From Candidatus Obscuribacteraceae bacterium (GTDB lineage Bacteria > Cyanobacteriota > Vampirovibrionia > Obscuribacterales > Obscuribacteraceae): DNA of 64,000 bases. The stretch is taken from assembly GCA_044226015.1 (NCBI GenBank), contig JBGAHS010000005.1:96001-160000 (forward strand). The letters are read 5' to 3'. The notes beneath the pieces are model-generated. The model had not been told where the DNA came from and made no database searches. It saw only the letters and a list, made by a program, of their open reading frames with translations. The translations under genes and the position numbers were made by a program. Positions 49,601 through 58,109 of this stretch are shown here, piece by piece (the first letter of the stretch is position 1; the number at the start of each line of letters is the position of its first letter).

Positions 49601-50341
49601 AAAGCACCCCAGGAAAATCAGGTCTATTGTGTTGCACACGATATCACTATTAGAAAGGAATTCGAACAACTAAAGCAAGAGTTTCTCGCTATGGTCAGTC
49701 ATGACCTTCGCTCGCCACTAACCTCTATTTCTGCAATGTCTAAATTGGTTAGCACGGGCATGTTTGGTGGCATTGGCGATAGAGAGGACGAGCTTCTAGA
49801 AGCAATTGAAGTTGAATCGAGCAGGCTCATTGAACTCATCAACGACCTGCTTGATATTGAAAAATATGAGGCGGGCAAAATGGAGCTGCTTCTAGAAGAG
49901 GTTGATTTGAATGCATTTCTTCGCGAAACCTGCATTAGCCTCTTGGGGCGCTCAAGGCTGAGCTTCAACTTTGCCGCCGAGCACCATTTTGTCGAAATTG
50001 ATAAAGCACGGTTTTCCCAGGCAATCTCAAATCTGCTCAAGTTCTTTTTGCAAATCGATCCGCAGGCGAGAGTAACTGTTAGCTCTAGGGTGCAGCAAAA
50101 TGCTCTAGTTCTGTTATTAAGTTCTAGCGGTACGCAGCTTTCAGAGGAAGCCTGCAGTGCGGCGTTTGATCGGTTTCGTGATGAGAGCATCGAATTCAGT
50201 ATTGGCTCAGGGCTGGCTTTGCCAATCAGCCAGCGCATCATACAAAGTCATAGAGGCCGCATAAAGCTAAGCAGCGACGCTGATGCTCATATGAATGTTT
50301 TTGAGATAACGCTGAATTCTAACTTCTCCAGCGAAGAATAG
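46613..50341 (+). CDS. Tandem (double) sensor histidine kinase: 2 x [2TM-HAMP-PAS-HisKA-HATPase]
   Basis: Two H(Q/K)G(L/V)xLVGxP TM starts, two DEI..L HAMP and FxNAxDxIC PAS segments; H-boxes LISKELKKPL and MVSHDLRSPL. Confidence 0.92.
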   Translation: MTLFNPKLRVFHQGLILVGLPLILELLLIGNLWNLLLHADRELARESRYRQFSALGSRLMTLTYEAPYLLITSLQGGGNRYFLAYERDVEQVKQLKSQALALAKDDPLIEDVSVELEESLSVILGICDTLAEAKRSGSSLNLIHELPRIQQRFNNSKNLAIERIAIIVKIGQHTTAESEKRIRRMRSLMSWILLFGVFSNILLGVALLAFFRKRILERIKVITENTLLLSQKKELHKPLGGGDEIDQLDRAFHLMNTELIEASRRETSLFNNASDVICVLDSNAQFLKINSACERLWFYKSEQLLSHSLLNLLDESDKASFEKLFAKCKASPEPVNLEIKIKRNDESVIETLWSTFWSVPEQCLYCVVHDISERKQVERIKQKFIALISKELKKPLSSISDSLSGLLIPTAKLSDLARSKLINTQSNLKRLLQLVSELLQIAEMESAAKMQLEFADFDIFEIVSQAVSDVEGLAQARNIQLIVEVKSSNCNCDKNRIVQVLVNLLSNAIKFSPESSTVTVNAVLEGIAQKICVIDSGRGVPESHRQTIFEKFKQVEASDGRPKTGTGLGLPICKDIVEAHSGSIGVKSNEGQGSVFWITLPLTELERERLRAQKENLISAADESMPLAGKSTAQADLGKITKPSEKKRFQLKLIHKGVLLVGIPILFESAFVGALAVQLTQSEQMRQSELKQRKIAAYSNRMLQGFMKAALLITLTKSRDNWVAFEAVYKEILHYRQTIKKLLANDPAVAQDFENLEISNKKWDEFYVAAAERMKEGFTEVNSSDTMDKRAILLPITANIARKVLRLVEDVEKREFEPAKQAAQRKKLGLILLAGLCSNLMLSVLLALYFSKDITSRLAQLADNAERLANDKPLNTPLSGTDEIANLDRVFHETSEAVQAARKKERAVFDNAQDLICSIDENAKFLSLNQACARLLGSDAASLKDKVLYEFVSPNEKEKMQAALSISDAGTQSHCVIESSLSRSDGALIYLQWSISKAPQENQVYCVAHDITIRKEFEQLKQEFLAMVSHDLRSPLTSISAMSKLVSTGMFGGIGDREDELLEAIEVESSRLIELINDLLDIEKYEAGKMELLLEEVDLNAFLRETCISLLGRSRLSFNFAAEHHFVEIDKARFSQAISNLLKFFLQIDPQARVTVSSRVQQNALVLLLSSSGTQLSEEACSAAFDRFRDESIEFSIGSGLALPISQRIIQSHRGRIKLSSDADAHMNVFEITLNSNFSSEE

Positions 50342-51455
50342 AATCTGGAACAGGGTTCTTGAATGGACGCTTTTCTCTCTTTGCGTCAGCCCATTCCTTC
50401 TTAAGGCGCAAGTACCAGGCGCCAGGCGTGCCGGCGTCTTTTATGGTTGGAACCAGTTTTGGTTTCAGCTTCAAGAGGGGCGCCTGTCTGAGCGCAATAG
50501 ACTGATCTTGCCCCAAAAACACAGTGACGAAATATTGGATGATCGGTTCGACGAACTTGGTGCCCGGAATCGTCCAATAGGTCATGTGGTTCAATTCTGT
50601 GTGCGTTTCATCGATTGGAGTTAAGCAACTAATTCCCGCGATAAGTGTGCGTCCCGCAAAAGTGAGGTACTCTCTGCGGCAGCCGGGCAAGCGAAATCCA
50701 AACTCATCCTCGATATATTTTCCAAAGAGTTTATACACGATGGAATGTGCCGATGGTCTATGTTTCACCACCGTCCAGCCGGTTGCATCCGGCACATAGT
50801 GTTTGGTTTTCTCTTTCAACTGTTTAGCTGATCGCCACCACCATGATTTATGTATATAAGGAACGTGCGCAGGGTCGATTAAAGCCAGGGCGGCATAGTC
50901 GATATGCGTTGGAAGTTGCAACGTGGTGCAAGCGCTTTCGTAAAGCATATCGTTCAATCCCGGTGCTTCCGGAACCACGTCTGGAAGATCTTCCTTCTCG
51001 TCGCCGAAGTAAACCCAGATTGTGCCTTTCACTTCGCGCACAGGATATTTTGGAGTTTTGATTTTGCAAACAGGAAATTTTTGGTCTGAGCAGAGCGATG
51101 GAATTTCGGTACAAGTTCCAGCACTATCGAATTTCCAACCATGGAAGGGGCACATTACTTCTTTGCCGTCGAAGTGCCCATCACTCAGTGGAACGGCCTG
51201 GTGAGGACAAATATCCTTCAGCGCAAAAACTTTTCCGTCACTGCGTCTTCCAATGAGAACTGGCTCACCAAGCATGGTCTTGCTTACCATCTGCCCGGGC
51301 TTCAATCTGCTGGACGGTATTGCAAAATACCACATATCTCGCAAAAACCATGTGCCGAGACCGCCCATTTGCGTTGGATTTACAGACTCAAGATCGGAAT
51401 AATCTTGTTCGTCTCGCTTATCAGCTGAAGTCTGACAGTTTAGTGTGCTTGTCAT
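50319..51455 (-). CDS. Rieske non-heme iron oxygenase alpha subunit
   Basis: CPHQ...CPFHGW Rieske ligands; DPAHVPYIH iron site; later QD. Confidence 0.92.
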   Translation of the reverse strand: MTSTLNCQTSADKRDEQDYSDLESVNPTQMGGLGTWFLRDMWYFAIPSSRLKPGQMVSKTMLGEPVLIGRRSDGKVFALKDICPHQAVPLSDGHFDGKEVMCPFHGWKFDSAGTCTEIPSLCSDQKFPVCKIKTPKYPVREVKGTIWVYFGDEKEDLPDVVPEAPGLNDMLYESACTTLQLPTHIDYAALALIDPAHVPYIHKSWWWRSAKQLKEKTKHYVPDATGWTVVKHRPSAHSIVYKLFGKYIEDEFGFRLPGCRREYLTFAGRTLIAGISCLTPIDETHTELNHMTYWTIPGTKFVEPIIQYFVTVFLGQDQSIALRQAPLLKLKPKLVPTIKDAGTPGAWYLRLKKEWADAKREKRPFKNPVPDSILRWRS

Positions 51456-51707
51456 ACAAAAACCTGTGGATACCAGAGCTTAGTCAGAATTAAGAAAATG
51501 TCTATTTTGACCGTGGATATCGTATTCCCTCTACATGATGGCAGTCAAGGTGTAATATGTAATCAGCAATCTTTCTATGTAGAAGAATTTTCCTAAAACT
51601 CAGCAAATCAGGCTTGGAATCTTAGATGTCAGGCGTGGATAATCCTTACTGGTTAGCAGTGTGATTATTGCGGCCGCTTACTAACTATCCTTCAGGAAGG
51701 ACCATTC

Positions 51708-52232
51708 ATGAACCGAGCTTTGAATATTCTGGCCGCTCTTTCAATCTGTGCTTTCGGCATTGCTCCGGCCCTGGCTGAGGACACCACAGATAGTGCTGTC
51801 AAAACCGAGCAGGTTGCTGAGCAGGCTGGAACTGACAAAAAACTGATTGCAGATGCCGACCCTGCGGCGAAGACTGGCAAGGATGGCAAGGATGGAAAGA
51901 AGGATCCTGCCGCAAAAGGCAAGTCGTCTGGTTCAAGTAACTGGGGCGCCAGGCTTGCTTCATTCACAACAGGCGTGGTGTTCGGTACGCCAATAGCTGT
52001 GGTACGAAGAACTGGAATTGAAATTGTTCAAGGTGAACGTGACCTCATCGGCGACGCTGACAGCTGGTACAAGAAAGCTGCTTACGTATTTCCAGGTTTT
52101 CTGGCTGTTCCTTATGGCGCCATAAGTGGTGGCGTTGGTGGCACTCTCTATGGAGTCAAAAATGCCTGGGCTGGCAGCGCACATGAGCCCTTCGGGAAGG
52201 AAGCCTTCAGCCTAGACGAGATAGGAAACTAG
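51708..52232 (+). CDS. Secreted/membrane hypothetical protein
   Basis: AAGGA RBS, signal peptide ending ALA, Gly-rich hydrophobic C-terminus. Confidence 0.75.
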   Translation: MNRALNILAALSICAFGIAPALAEDTTDSAVKTEQVAEQAGTDKKLIADADPAAKTGKDGKDGKKDPAAKGKSSGSSNWGARLASFTTGVVFGTPIAVVRRTGIEIVQGERDLIGDADSWYKKAAYVFPGFLAVPYGAISGGVGGTLYGVKNAWAGSAHEPFGKEAFSLDEIGN

Positions 52233-52254
52233 AGATAACCGACTCAGGCGGCAA

Positions 52255-53235
52255 TCAATCCTGAAACTCTTCCCCACAGTAATGAGTGGTGTAGGTGTTG
52301 TATTGATTGACTATTGTTTTCTGGCTTACCTGCTGGTCTAACTTCTTTCCACTTCGTTGTTCGTGTTCGTCAAAGTCACAACGATAATCACTCATCTTTT
52401 TAGTGAGTTCCGAATCTCTTTGCGATTGTATTGCCGCCCAAGCCTGTGCTGTCGTTTTATCCGAAGCTTGTGAAAGGTCAGGAACACCCTGCTCATTGTG
52501 TCTGTAGGCGCCCATTTCTCCTTTTGCTGGAATAACAATAGATTCGAAATCGATTTCTCCATTTCGAGTATTCTCGAAAGTAAACGCGATAAATGGAGAA
52601 CCCTTACTATCTTTTCCGAAGTGCATTGAGTCCGGTGAATTGAAGTCTTGCGAAAGTTCCTTGGCTAGTCGACTCCACGCCCTGTCGTTTGGACTGCTCT
52701 GGAAGAGTTTCTTAATGGAAGCAATGTCTCCACTTCCATAGGCTTGTTCTAGTTTCTTCAGCTGTTCTTTTTGTGTCTGTGTAAGTGCTTTTTGCTCGCC
52801 TTCAGGCGGGTGTCTCGTATCCGAAACCGCCAGCGCATCTACGAACTCTTTCTTTTCGGCTACGGCTTCCTTTTCTAGTTGTGCTCTGCCTTTGCTGTTG
52901 ACCTCGTTTTTTTCGATGTCGATTTTTACGGTAGCAGGCGGGTAGCCAGGCAATTGCTTATCAAAAATAATTTCCTTAGGTGTTCCATCGCTTTTTCGGT
53001 TCAATTTTATAAAAGTGTCGTCTTCAAGCTCTGTCAAAACCGTGTTCAAGATACCAACATCTTTGAGCCAGTCTTTTGTTTCCAAAAGCCGATTTTGAGC
53101 AACCTTGCTGCCGCGCTGTGCATCGTAGGCATCTTGCATCAGCAATTGCTTTCCAAAAAACTTTTCCCGCTCAAGTCCGCTAGTATCGACTGAATCATGG
53201 CTTGAGCTGTCTGTTTTCCCTGAATTGTTGTCCAT
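52255..53235 (-). CDS. Hypothetical protein
   Basis: Long ORF; GGGAG RBS before ATG 53235. Confidence 0.7.
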   Translation of the reverse strand: MDNNSGKTDSSSHDSVDTSGLEREKFFGKQLLMQDAYDAQRGSKVAQNRLLETKDWLKDVGILNTVLTELEDDTFIKLNRKSDGTPKEIIFDKQLPGYPPATVKIDIEKNEVNSKGRAQLEKEAVAEKKEFVDALAVSDTRHPPEGEQKALTQTQKEQLKKLEQAYGSGDIASIKKLFQSSPNDRAWSRLAKELSQDFNSPDSMHFGKDSKGSPFIAFTFENTRNGEIDFESIVIPAKGEMGAYRHNEQGVPDLSQASDKTTAQAWAAIQSQRDSELTKKMSDYRCDFDEHEQRSGKKLDQQVSQKTIVNQYNTYTTHYCGEEFQD

Positions 53236-53355
53236 TTTGCTCCCCTCTGCTGCCAGTCTGAGTCTGTGACCCAGGCAGTGCAAGCAACGTGCAAAGAAAA
53301 CCGCGGCAGTGGGATTAACCGCAATCTATCAGCAAATTCTTGATTTGTGGGAAAT

Positions 53356-53565
53356 TCAGGTACAGGTTTTCTTGGTTTTATTCTTATCGAGTTTTTTTGA
53401 TGCTGGGTCAATCAATTCGTCTACATTTCCCTGGCCCAGTAACAGCGATTTTGCCGCTCTTTTTGTCAGTTCGGTCGCACTCATTTCTGACGTGCTGCAA
53501 AAGCCAGTGTTTGCCTGGTCAATTTTTTTCTTGGTTTCTGCAATCATTTTCTTCAGTTCGCTCAT
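53356..53565 (-). CDS. Small hypothetical protein
   Basis: 69-aa ORF with GGAG upstream, fills the gap in the same orientation as its neighbour. Confidence 0.45.
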   Translation of the reverse strand: MSELKKMIAETKKKIDQANTGFCSTSEMSATELTKRAAKSLLLGQGNVDELIDPASKKLDKNKTKKTCT

Positions 53566-53704
53566 GATGCTGAACTCCGTGTAAATCGTACAAATTATCT
53601 CTTATATCTAATAATATCAGAACTTTGTAATTCGACCACCAGAGAGTCCTTTGCGTTAGAATTTGCGCGCAGGCATTACTTACGTTCGCTTTGGAGCTGT
53701 TTTA

Positions 53705-55486
53705 ATGACAAAATTTGCGTCTACCTGTGTACCGGTTTTCGCTCTGGTATTTGCCATGGTGGCAGGCAGCCTGGCAAGTAATGCATTTGCCAGGTCGAAT
53801 CCGCTTCTCAATGCAAAAACCTATTGCAATCCAATGAACCTTGATTATGCATTTGTACCAGACAAAGACTACGCAAAAAACAACTGTCATCGCTCAACTG
53901 CAGACCCGGTGTGTATTCTGTACAAAGGTCTGTACTATTTGTTTTCGACTAATCAGGAAGGCTATTGGTGGTCGAAAGACCTTTCAAACTGGAATTTTGT
54001 TTCACACTTTTTTAAGCCAAACGCAAGTAACGATCAGGTCTGCGCGCCTGCCGCCTGGCCAAGCAGTAAGGGAGTGCTCTTCCTCCCCTGCGTCGGACAA
54101 TACGATGAAATGCCTCTCTACGTAAGCAAAGACCCGCGTGGTGGCAAGTGGGATGAAGCGACAACTAAGTTTCCTCTGCAAACATGGGACCCTACTCTGT
54201 TCGAAGATGACGACGGCAAATTATATGTCTACTGGGGCTCAAGCAATTTCTATCCTATGTACGGTGCCGAATTAGATCCGAACACCTATCAGGTCAAAGG
54301 TCCTGTGCAGGAGATGCTACGGCTAGAGCCTAATAAACATGGATGGGAACAATTCGGAGAGAACAACCAAAACGGCAAGATGGATCCCTTCATGGAGGGT
54401 GCCTGGATGAATAAGTTCAATGGCAAATACTACTTGCAATATGGTGCGCCTGGAACTGAATGGAATGTTTATGGCGATGGTGTTTACGTTTCGGATAAAC
54501 CCCTGGGACCCTTTGTCTATCAATTGAATAGTCCATTTTCCTGGAAACCTGGTGGCTTTGCCTGTGGTGCAGGCCATGGTGCAACCTTTGAGGACAAGTG
54601 GAAGAATTTATGGCATGTTGGAACCATGGTAATTAGCGTCAAGAATACCTTTGAACGCAGAATTGGTATGTTTCCTGCTGGTGTAGACAAGGATGGTGTC
54701 TTGTTTGCGGATACCGCATTTGGTGACTACCCACACACTCTTCCGACTGCCTCGCGAGATCCACATAAGACCTTCGCTGGGTGGTTTCTTCTTTCTTACA
54801 AGAAGAAAGTCACAGCGTCCGCTAACCCAGAATCAGCTAATTTAGCATTCGATGAAAACATCAAAACATATTGGACCGCTGGGCACTCAAAGCCAGGTCA
54901 GTATTTACAAGTTGACCTTGGAAAATCAATGTCAGTTAATTCTATTCAGGTTAATTATGCTGATGACCAGGCAACCCTATACGGTAAGCAACTGGGGGGG
55001 CGCAGAGCGCATAAGTATAAAATCTGGTCCTCCGATGATGGTGCAAGTTGGAAGGTTTTGGTTGACAAAAGTCACAATACAAAAGAGGTTCCACACGATT
55101 ATGTCGAGCTGTCTCAGCCAATCATGACCCGTTTTCTTAAGCTGGAAAATGTATCTATGCCAACTGGAAACTTTGCAATTTCCGATTTTCGCATCTTTGG
55201 AAAAGGTGGCGAGAAGGCACCAGAAACGGTGCAGAATTTCCGTGTAAACCGTGACGCTGCCGATAGGCGCAACGTCAACTTCAGTTGGAGCCCGGTAGCA
55301 AATGCATATGCCTATGAGCTTTCTTTTGGTATCAAACCAGACAAGCTCTATAGCTCAATGCTTGTGTATGACAAGACCAAGCTTGATTTGCATTCATTGA
55401 ATGTTGATGCTCCGTACTACTTTCAGATACAGTCCGTCAGCGAAAATGGGCTATCAGCCGGTTCTCCTGTAATAGAAGTAAAATGA
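53705..55486 (+). CDS. Secreted GH43 family glycoside hydrolase with F5/8-type C and FN3 domains
   Basis: TADP, WDPTLFEDDDG, EGAWM, GAGHG; YLQVDLG discoidin; C-terminal FN3. Confidence 0.9.
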   Translation: MTKFASTCVPVFALVFAMVAGSLASNAFARSNPLLNAKTYCNPMNLDYAFVPDKDYAKNNCHRSTADPVCILYKGLYYLFSTNQEGYWWSKDLSNWNFVSHFFKPNASNDQVCAPAAWPSSKGVLFLPCVGQYDEMPLYVSKDPRGGKWDEATTKFPLQTWDPTLFEDDDGKLYVYWGSSNFYPMYGAELDPNTYQVKGPVQEMLRLEPNKHGWEQFGENNQNGKMDPFMEGAWMNKFNGKYYLQYGAPGTEWNVYGDGVYVSDKPLGPFVYQLNSPFSWKPGGFACGAGHGATFEDKWKNLWHVGTMVISVKNTFERRIGMFPAGVDKDGVLFADTAFGDYPHTLPTASRDPHKTFAGWFLLSYKKKVTASANPESANLAFDENIKTYWTAGHSKPGQYLQVDLGKSMSVNSIQVNYADDQATLYGKQLGGRRAHKYKIWSSDDGASWKVLVDKSHNTKEVPHDYVELSQPIMTRFLKLENVSMPTGNFAISDFRIFGKGGEKAPETVQNFRVNRDAADRRNVNFSWSPVANAYAYELSFGIKPDKLYSSMLVYDKTKLDLHSLNVDAPYYFQIQSVSENGLSAGSPVIEVK

Positions 55487-55487
55487 G

Positions 55488-55520
55488 CAAAAAGAAGGAG
55501 CTGATAAACTCAGCTCCCCT
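55488..55520 (-). terminator. Intrinsic terminator downstream of glgP
   Basis: ggagctga-taaac-tcagctcc stem; minus strand continues ttcttttt. Confidence 0.75.
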
Positions 55521-55542
55521 TAACGCTCTTGGTCTTATGAGT

Positions 55543-58065
55543 CTAGACGCGTAAAGCTGCGTCTGTCTGAATGTATGGTTCGAGCTCAACCGGCACTGCC
55601 TCGACATTCCAGATGTCTTTGCAATACTCTTGAATCGCTCTGTCAGAGGAGAACTTGCCCATTCTGGCAACGTTCAATATAGACATCCGAGTCCACTTGT
55701 CACGATCTTTATAAGCTGCACCGACCCTGTTCTGGCACTCGATGTAAGAGTCGAAATCAGCGAGCAACATATAATCGTCGCTTTGTAATAGAGAATCGAT
55801 AAGAGGTTTGAACATTTCCTTATCTCCTCTGGAGAAATATCCATGCGAAAGCATATCGATTACTTCACGCAGTGAATCGTTCGACCAGTAGAGTTCATAA
55901 GGACGGTAGCCTTCGTATCTGCGTCTTGCTACTTCTGATGCAGTCAGACCAAAGAGGAAGAAGTTGTCCTCGCCCACTTCCTGTCTCATTTCAATGTTTG
56001 CACCATCTAAGGTGCCTATGGTGAGGGCACCGTTGAGTGCAAATTTCATGTTGCCAGTGCCTGATGCCTCTTTGCCGGCTGTTGAAATTTGCTCAGATAC
56101 TTCAGCTGCTGGGTAGATTTTCTGTGCACGTTGAACATTGAAATCTGGAATAAAGACTACTTTCAAGCGATCTTCAATATCTTTGTCGTTGTTGACGACT
56201 TCAGCTACCGAGTTGATAAGCTTGATCATCAGCTTAGCCATCACATAGCCTGGCGCAGCTTTTCCTGCGAATATGAAAGTGCGCGGCGGGTAAATATCAA
56301 GCTTCGGATTCTTCTTCAGGATGTTGTATAAGCGAATAATGTGCAAGACGTTCAAATGTTGTCTCTTATACTCGTGCATTCGTTTTGCTTGAACATCAAA
56401 AATGCTGGCAGGATCAACTATGATGTTGCAATGCTCCTTGATGTACTTGCCGAGAATTTTCTTGCGTTCCAGTTTCACATTCTGCCATTCGGCTTGAAAC
56501 TCTTTGTCAGTCACGAATTGTTCGAGCTTCTTCAATTCGGTTAAGTTGCTTACCCAATTGTTTCCGATCTTCTTCGTTATCAACGTACTCAGCTCTGGGT
56601 TAGAGACCACCATAAATCGTCTTGGAGTTATTCCATTCGTTTTGTTGTTGATCTTCTTTGGCCAGATTTTTGCAAAATCGTGCAACACGTCTTTCTTGAG
56701 CAACTCTGTATGGAGTTGCGCTACGCCGTTTATTGAGTGACTTCCGACACACGCTAAATGCGCCATGCGAACATAGCGTTCTCCACTCTCATCAATAATC
56801 GAGAGGCGGCGAAGCAAGTCTGGGTCATTTGGGAAATCTTGTTTAACTTCGTCAAGGAATCTTCTATTGATTTCGTAAATGATCTCCAAATGGCGTGGAA
56901 GCAGATTGCCGAATAATTGAACCGGCCAACGTTCCAGCGCCTCTGGCAACAGTGTGTGGTTTGTGTAAGCAAAGGTGTTGGTTGTAATCTTCCAGGCATC
57001 GTCCCATGGCACGAGATGCTCATCAACGAGAAGTCTCATCATTTCTGCGATGGCTATTGACGGATGTGTGTCATTCAGTTGTACAGCAAATTTGTCTGCA
57101 AGTGTATAAACTGAATCACCCAGCGAAAGATGGAAACCGATGAAATCTTGAAGCGAGCACGAGACGAAGAAGTACTGCTGTTCAAGACGCAAAATCTTTC
57201 CTTGCGTGACATTGTCGTTTGGATAAAGAACCTTGGACACGTTTTCGGAGAAGACTTTATTTTGCACTGCACCTATGTAATCACCAGCGTTGAATGCATT
57301 GAGATCGAATGATTCTGGTGCTTCGGCTTTCCAGAGCCGAAGCGTATTTGCGGTGTTTTTCTTGTAGCCAGGAACAGGCGTATCATATGGAACGCCATTG
57401 ATTTCTCGATCTGGAATCCATCTGCAGCGGAATCTGCCTTCGTCGTCGATGAAGTTTTCTGTTCTTCCACCGAGCTTGACCACTCTCATTGCCTGCGGTC
57501 TTGGAATTTCCCATGGGTTACCAAAGCGCAACCACTTATCTGTAATTTCGTGTTGCCAGCCATCGCTGATTTCCTGGTCAAAAATTCCGAATTCATATCT
57601 TATGCCATATCCAATTGCTGGAACCTCCAGGCTGGACATTGAATCAAGATAGCAAGCTGCCAGTCTGCCGAGACCGCCGTTGCCCAATCCTGGTTCCTCC
57701 TCTTTCTCAACCAGACCCTCGAAATCTAAGCCCGAGTCTTCAACTGCCTGTTTTACTCTGTCGTAGATGTCCATGTTGACGAGGTTGTTCTCTAACTGAG
57801 GACCCATCAAAAATTCTGCTGACAGATAACAAACAACTTTCACATCTTTCTTGCGATATGTTTGTAGTGTGTTCAGCCAGCGTTGTAGCAATCTGTCTCT
57901 CACCGTGTAGGAGAGAGCCATGTAGTAGTCCAATTGCGTTGCGATTTTCGGAAACTTACCTTGAATGTAAAACAAGTTGTCTGCCATCGCTCTGCGAATT
58001 GTTTCCACGTGCAGCCCGGTACGGTCGTCTTCAACGATTACCTTAGCCGTCGTATTGTCTGCCAT
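55543..58065 (-). CDS. glgP: Glycogen/alpha-glucan phosphorylase
   Basis: GLGNGGLGRLAAC, QLNDTHP, KRMHEYKRQ, EASGTGNMKF; AAGGAG RBS before ATG 58065. Confidence 0.97.
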   Translation of the reverse strand: MADNTTAKVIVEDDRTGLHVETIRRAMADNLFYIQGKFPKIATQLDYYMALSYTVRDRLLQRWLNTLQTYRKKDVKVVCYLSAEFLMGPQLENNLVNMDIYDRVKQAVEDSGLDFEGLVEKEEEPGLGNGGLGRLAACYLDSMSSLEVPAIGYGIRYEFGIFDQEISDGWQHEITDKWLRFGNPWEIPRPQAMRVVKLGGRTENFIDDEGRFRCRWIPDREINGVPYDTPVPGYKKNTANTLRLWKAEAPESFDLNAFNAGDYIGAVQNKVFSENVSKVLYPNDNVTQGKILRLEQQYFFVSCSLQDFIGFHLSLGDSVYTLADKFAVQLNDTHPSIAIAEMMRLLVDEHLVPWDDAWKITTNTFAYTNHTLLPEALERWPVQLFGNLLPRHLEIIYEINRRFLDEVKQDFPNDPDLLRRLSIIDESGERYVRMAHLACVGSHSINGVAQLHTELLKKDVLHDFAKIWPKKINNKTNGITPRRFMVVSNPELSTLITKKIGNNWVSNLTELKKLEQFVTDKEFQAEWQNVKLERKKILGKYIKEHCNIIVDPASIFDVQAKRMHEYKRQHLNVLHIIRLYNILKKNPKLDIYPPRTFIFAGKAAPGYVMAKLMIKLINSVAEVVNNDKDIEDRLKVVFIPDFNVQRAQKIYPAAEVSEQISTAGKEASGTGNMKFALNGALTIGTLDGANIEMRQEVGEDNFFLFGLTASEVARRRYEGYRPYELYWSNDSLREVIDMLSHGYFSRGDKEMFKPLIDSLLQSDDYMLLADFDSYIECQNRVGAAYKDRDKWTRMSILNVARMGKFSSDRAIQEYCKDIWNVEAVPVELEPYIQTDAALRV

Positions 58066-58109
58066 GGTCTCTCCTTTTGGTTTGTATTGTATTCGGACTT
58101 TGCTATTCG

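Noticed and set aside
53236..53358. Read-through joining ORF 53356..53565 to 52255..53283 (same frame, TGA stop)
   Set aside because: A second in-frame TGA follows at 53329-53331, there is no redox-motif context, and the downstream gene has its own RBS
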